Source: Amphiscolops sp. MND2022
Taxonomy: Eukaryota
Direction of reading: 5' to 3'
Assembly (NCBI GenBank): GCA_964187785.1
Contig: OZ076409.1
Coordinates: forward strand, 29,574,001 to 29,638,000
DNA length: 64,000 nucleotides
In this document: piece by piece, positions 63,357 through 64,000 of the stretch
How the letters are laid out: each line of letters opens with the position of its first letter
How positions within the stretch are numbered: the stretch's first letter is position 1
Notes under the pieces: model-generated
Databases searched by the model: none
What the model saw: only the letters and a program-made list of their open reading frames with translations
Told to the model about the DNA's origin: nothing
Position numbers and translations under genes: made by a program

Positions 63357-64000
63357 CTAGAAATTTTTTGGGTCTTCTACGTCATCGTGCCTCTCCGTTT
63401 CTTCGACATGATCAGTTTCATCGTTGGTGGCGTGGGACAGTTCGTTCGCGTTGTAGACCCTGTTGTTAGTTTGTCTGAAGTCGCGGCGGAACTGCTTGTT
63501 TTCTTCGGTCGACTGCTTAGAATACGGGACGCTTCTATAGGCTGACGTCGTCGTATTTCTGTAGTAGCAGTCTCGGGCGGAGTGTCCCACTTTGCCACAT
63601 ATTTGGCACACCAACTTGGGGTTGTATTTAGGTTTGACATCCTGGGTGTTGGTGGGTTGAGCTGGTTGTTGTTGGTTGTGGCTGTTTTTGTTTTGCGCTT
63701 CCTCCCTGAGGCGCTTACGGCATTCGGCCCACTTGTGGCCTGTGATTCCACAGTGGCGGCATTGTCCGTCGAATTTTCGTTTCGTCTCCCGGTTTTGGGG
63801 TGGTTGGGAGTTCGATGACTGAGGTTCTGCTGCATTGTGTTGTGGAGCGCTGATCTGGTTGAATGGTTGTGGCGTTGTATTTGGTATGAGCTGGGCGTAT
63901 TGGCATCGTCGTTGAACAAATGTCCGTATTTCTTCCATGGTCGCATCGTGTTTCCCAGCCATAGCCAATTCGTTCTGCATCTGGACGGGCAGTTTAGCGA
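63357..64000 (-). CDS. Gypsy gag C-terminal part with two CCHC zinc knuckles (runs off the window)
   Basis: CRHCGITGHKWAEC and CQICGKVGHSARDC. Confidence 0.9.
   Translation of the reverse strand, partial: AKLPVQMQNELAMAGKHDATMEEIRTFVQRRCQYAQLIPNTTPQPFNQISAPQHNAAEPQSSNSQPPQNRETKRKFDGQCRHCGITGHKWAECRKRLREEAQNKNSHNQQQPAQPTNTQDVKPKYNPKLVCQICGKVGHSARDCYYRNTTTSAYRSVPYSKQSTEENKQFRRDFRQTNNRVYNANELSHATNDETDHVEETERHDDVEDPKNF

Larger units (their letters stand above)
50503..64000 (-). mobile_element. Near-intact clade C Ty3/Gypsy element (5' end outside the window) carrying an antisense cargo gene
   Basis: Order: gag, pol, 6.7-kb 3' region with antisense gene, PPT, TG..CA LTR. Confidence 0.9.

Noticed and set aside
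59385-63818. Plus-strand ORFs overlapping pol and gag
   Set aside because: Antisense shadows of long coding frames with no recognisable motifs.

Overview
AT-rich animal (probably invertebrate) genomic DNA, almost entirely nested transposable elements, with one 200-N scaffold gap. It holds two clades of giant Ty3/Gypsy LTR retrotransposons. Clade A/B: family A (941-9653 minus; second 5' piece at 39023-40756 plus) and family B (10260-31635 minus). Both have an extra conserved ORF upstream of gag and a structured hairpin or three-way-junction array just after the PBS. B also has a class III fusogen-like env, further ORFs 3' of env, a gag/protease deletion and a four-fold 1.74-kb tandem amplification. 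Clade C: a near-intact element (50503 to beyond 64000, minus) and a 5'-truncated relative (41184 to about 48750, plus). In both, a spliced BED-zinc-finger gene of apparent hAT-transposase origin lies antisense downstream of integrase, and in the right-hand element it is demonstrably inside the element (before the PPT and 3' LTR). The two genes share two intron positions and appear to lack the catalytic residues; this is the best candidate for an undescribed system. An intact histone H2B ORF sits where family A's first ORF would start, downstream of an A LTR and leader. The rest is a LINE remnant, small non-autonomous repeats and minisatellites. All alignments and identities were made by eye; no database searches were run.
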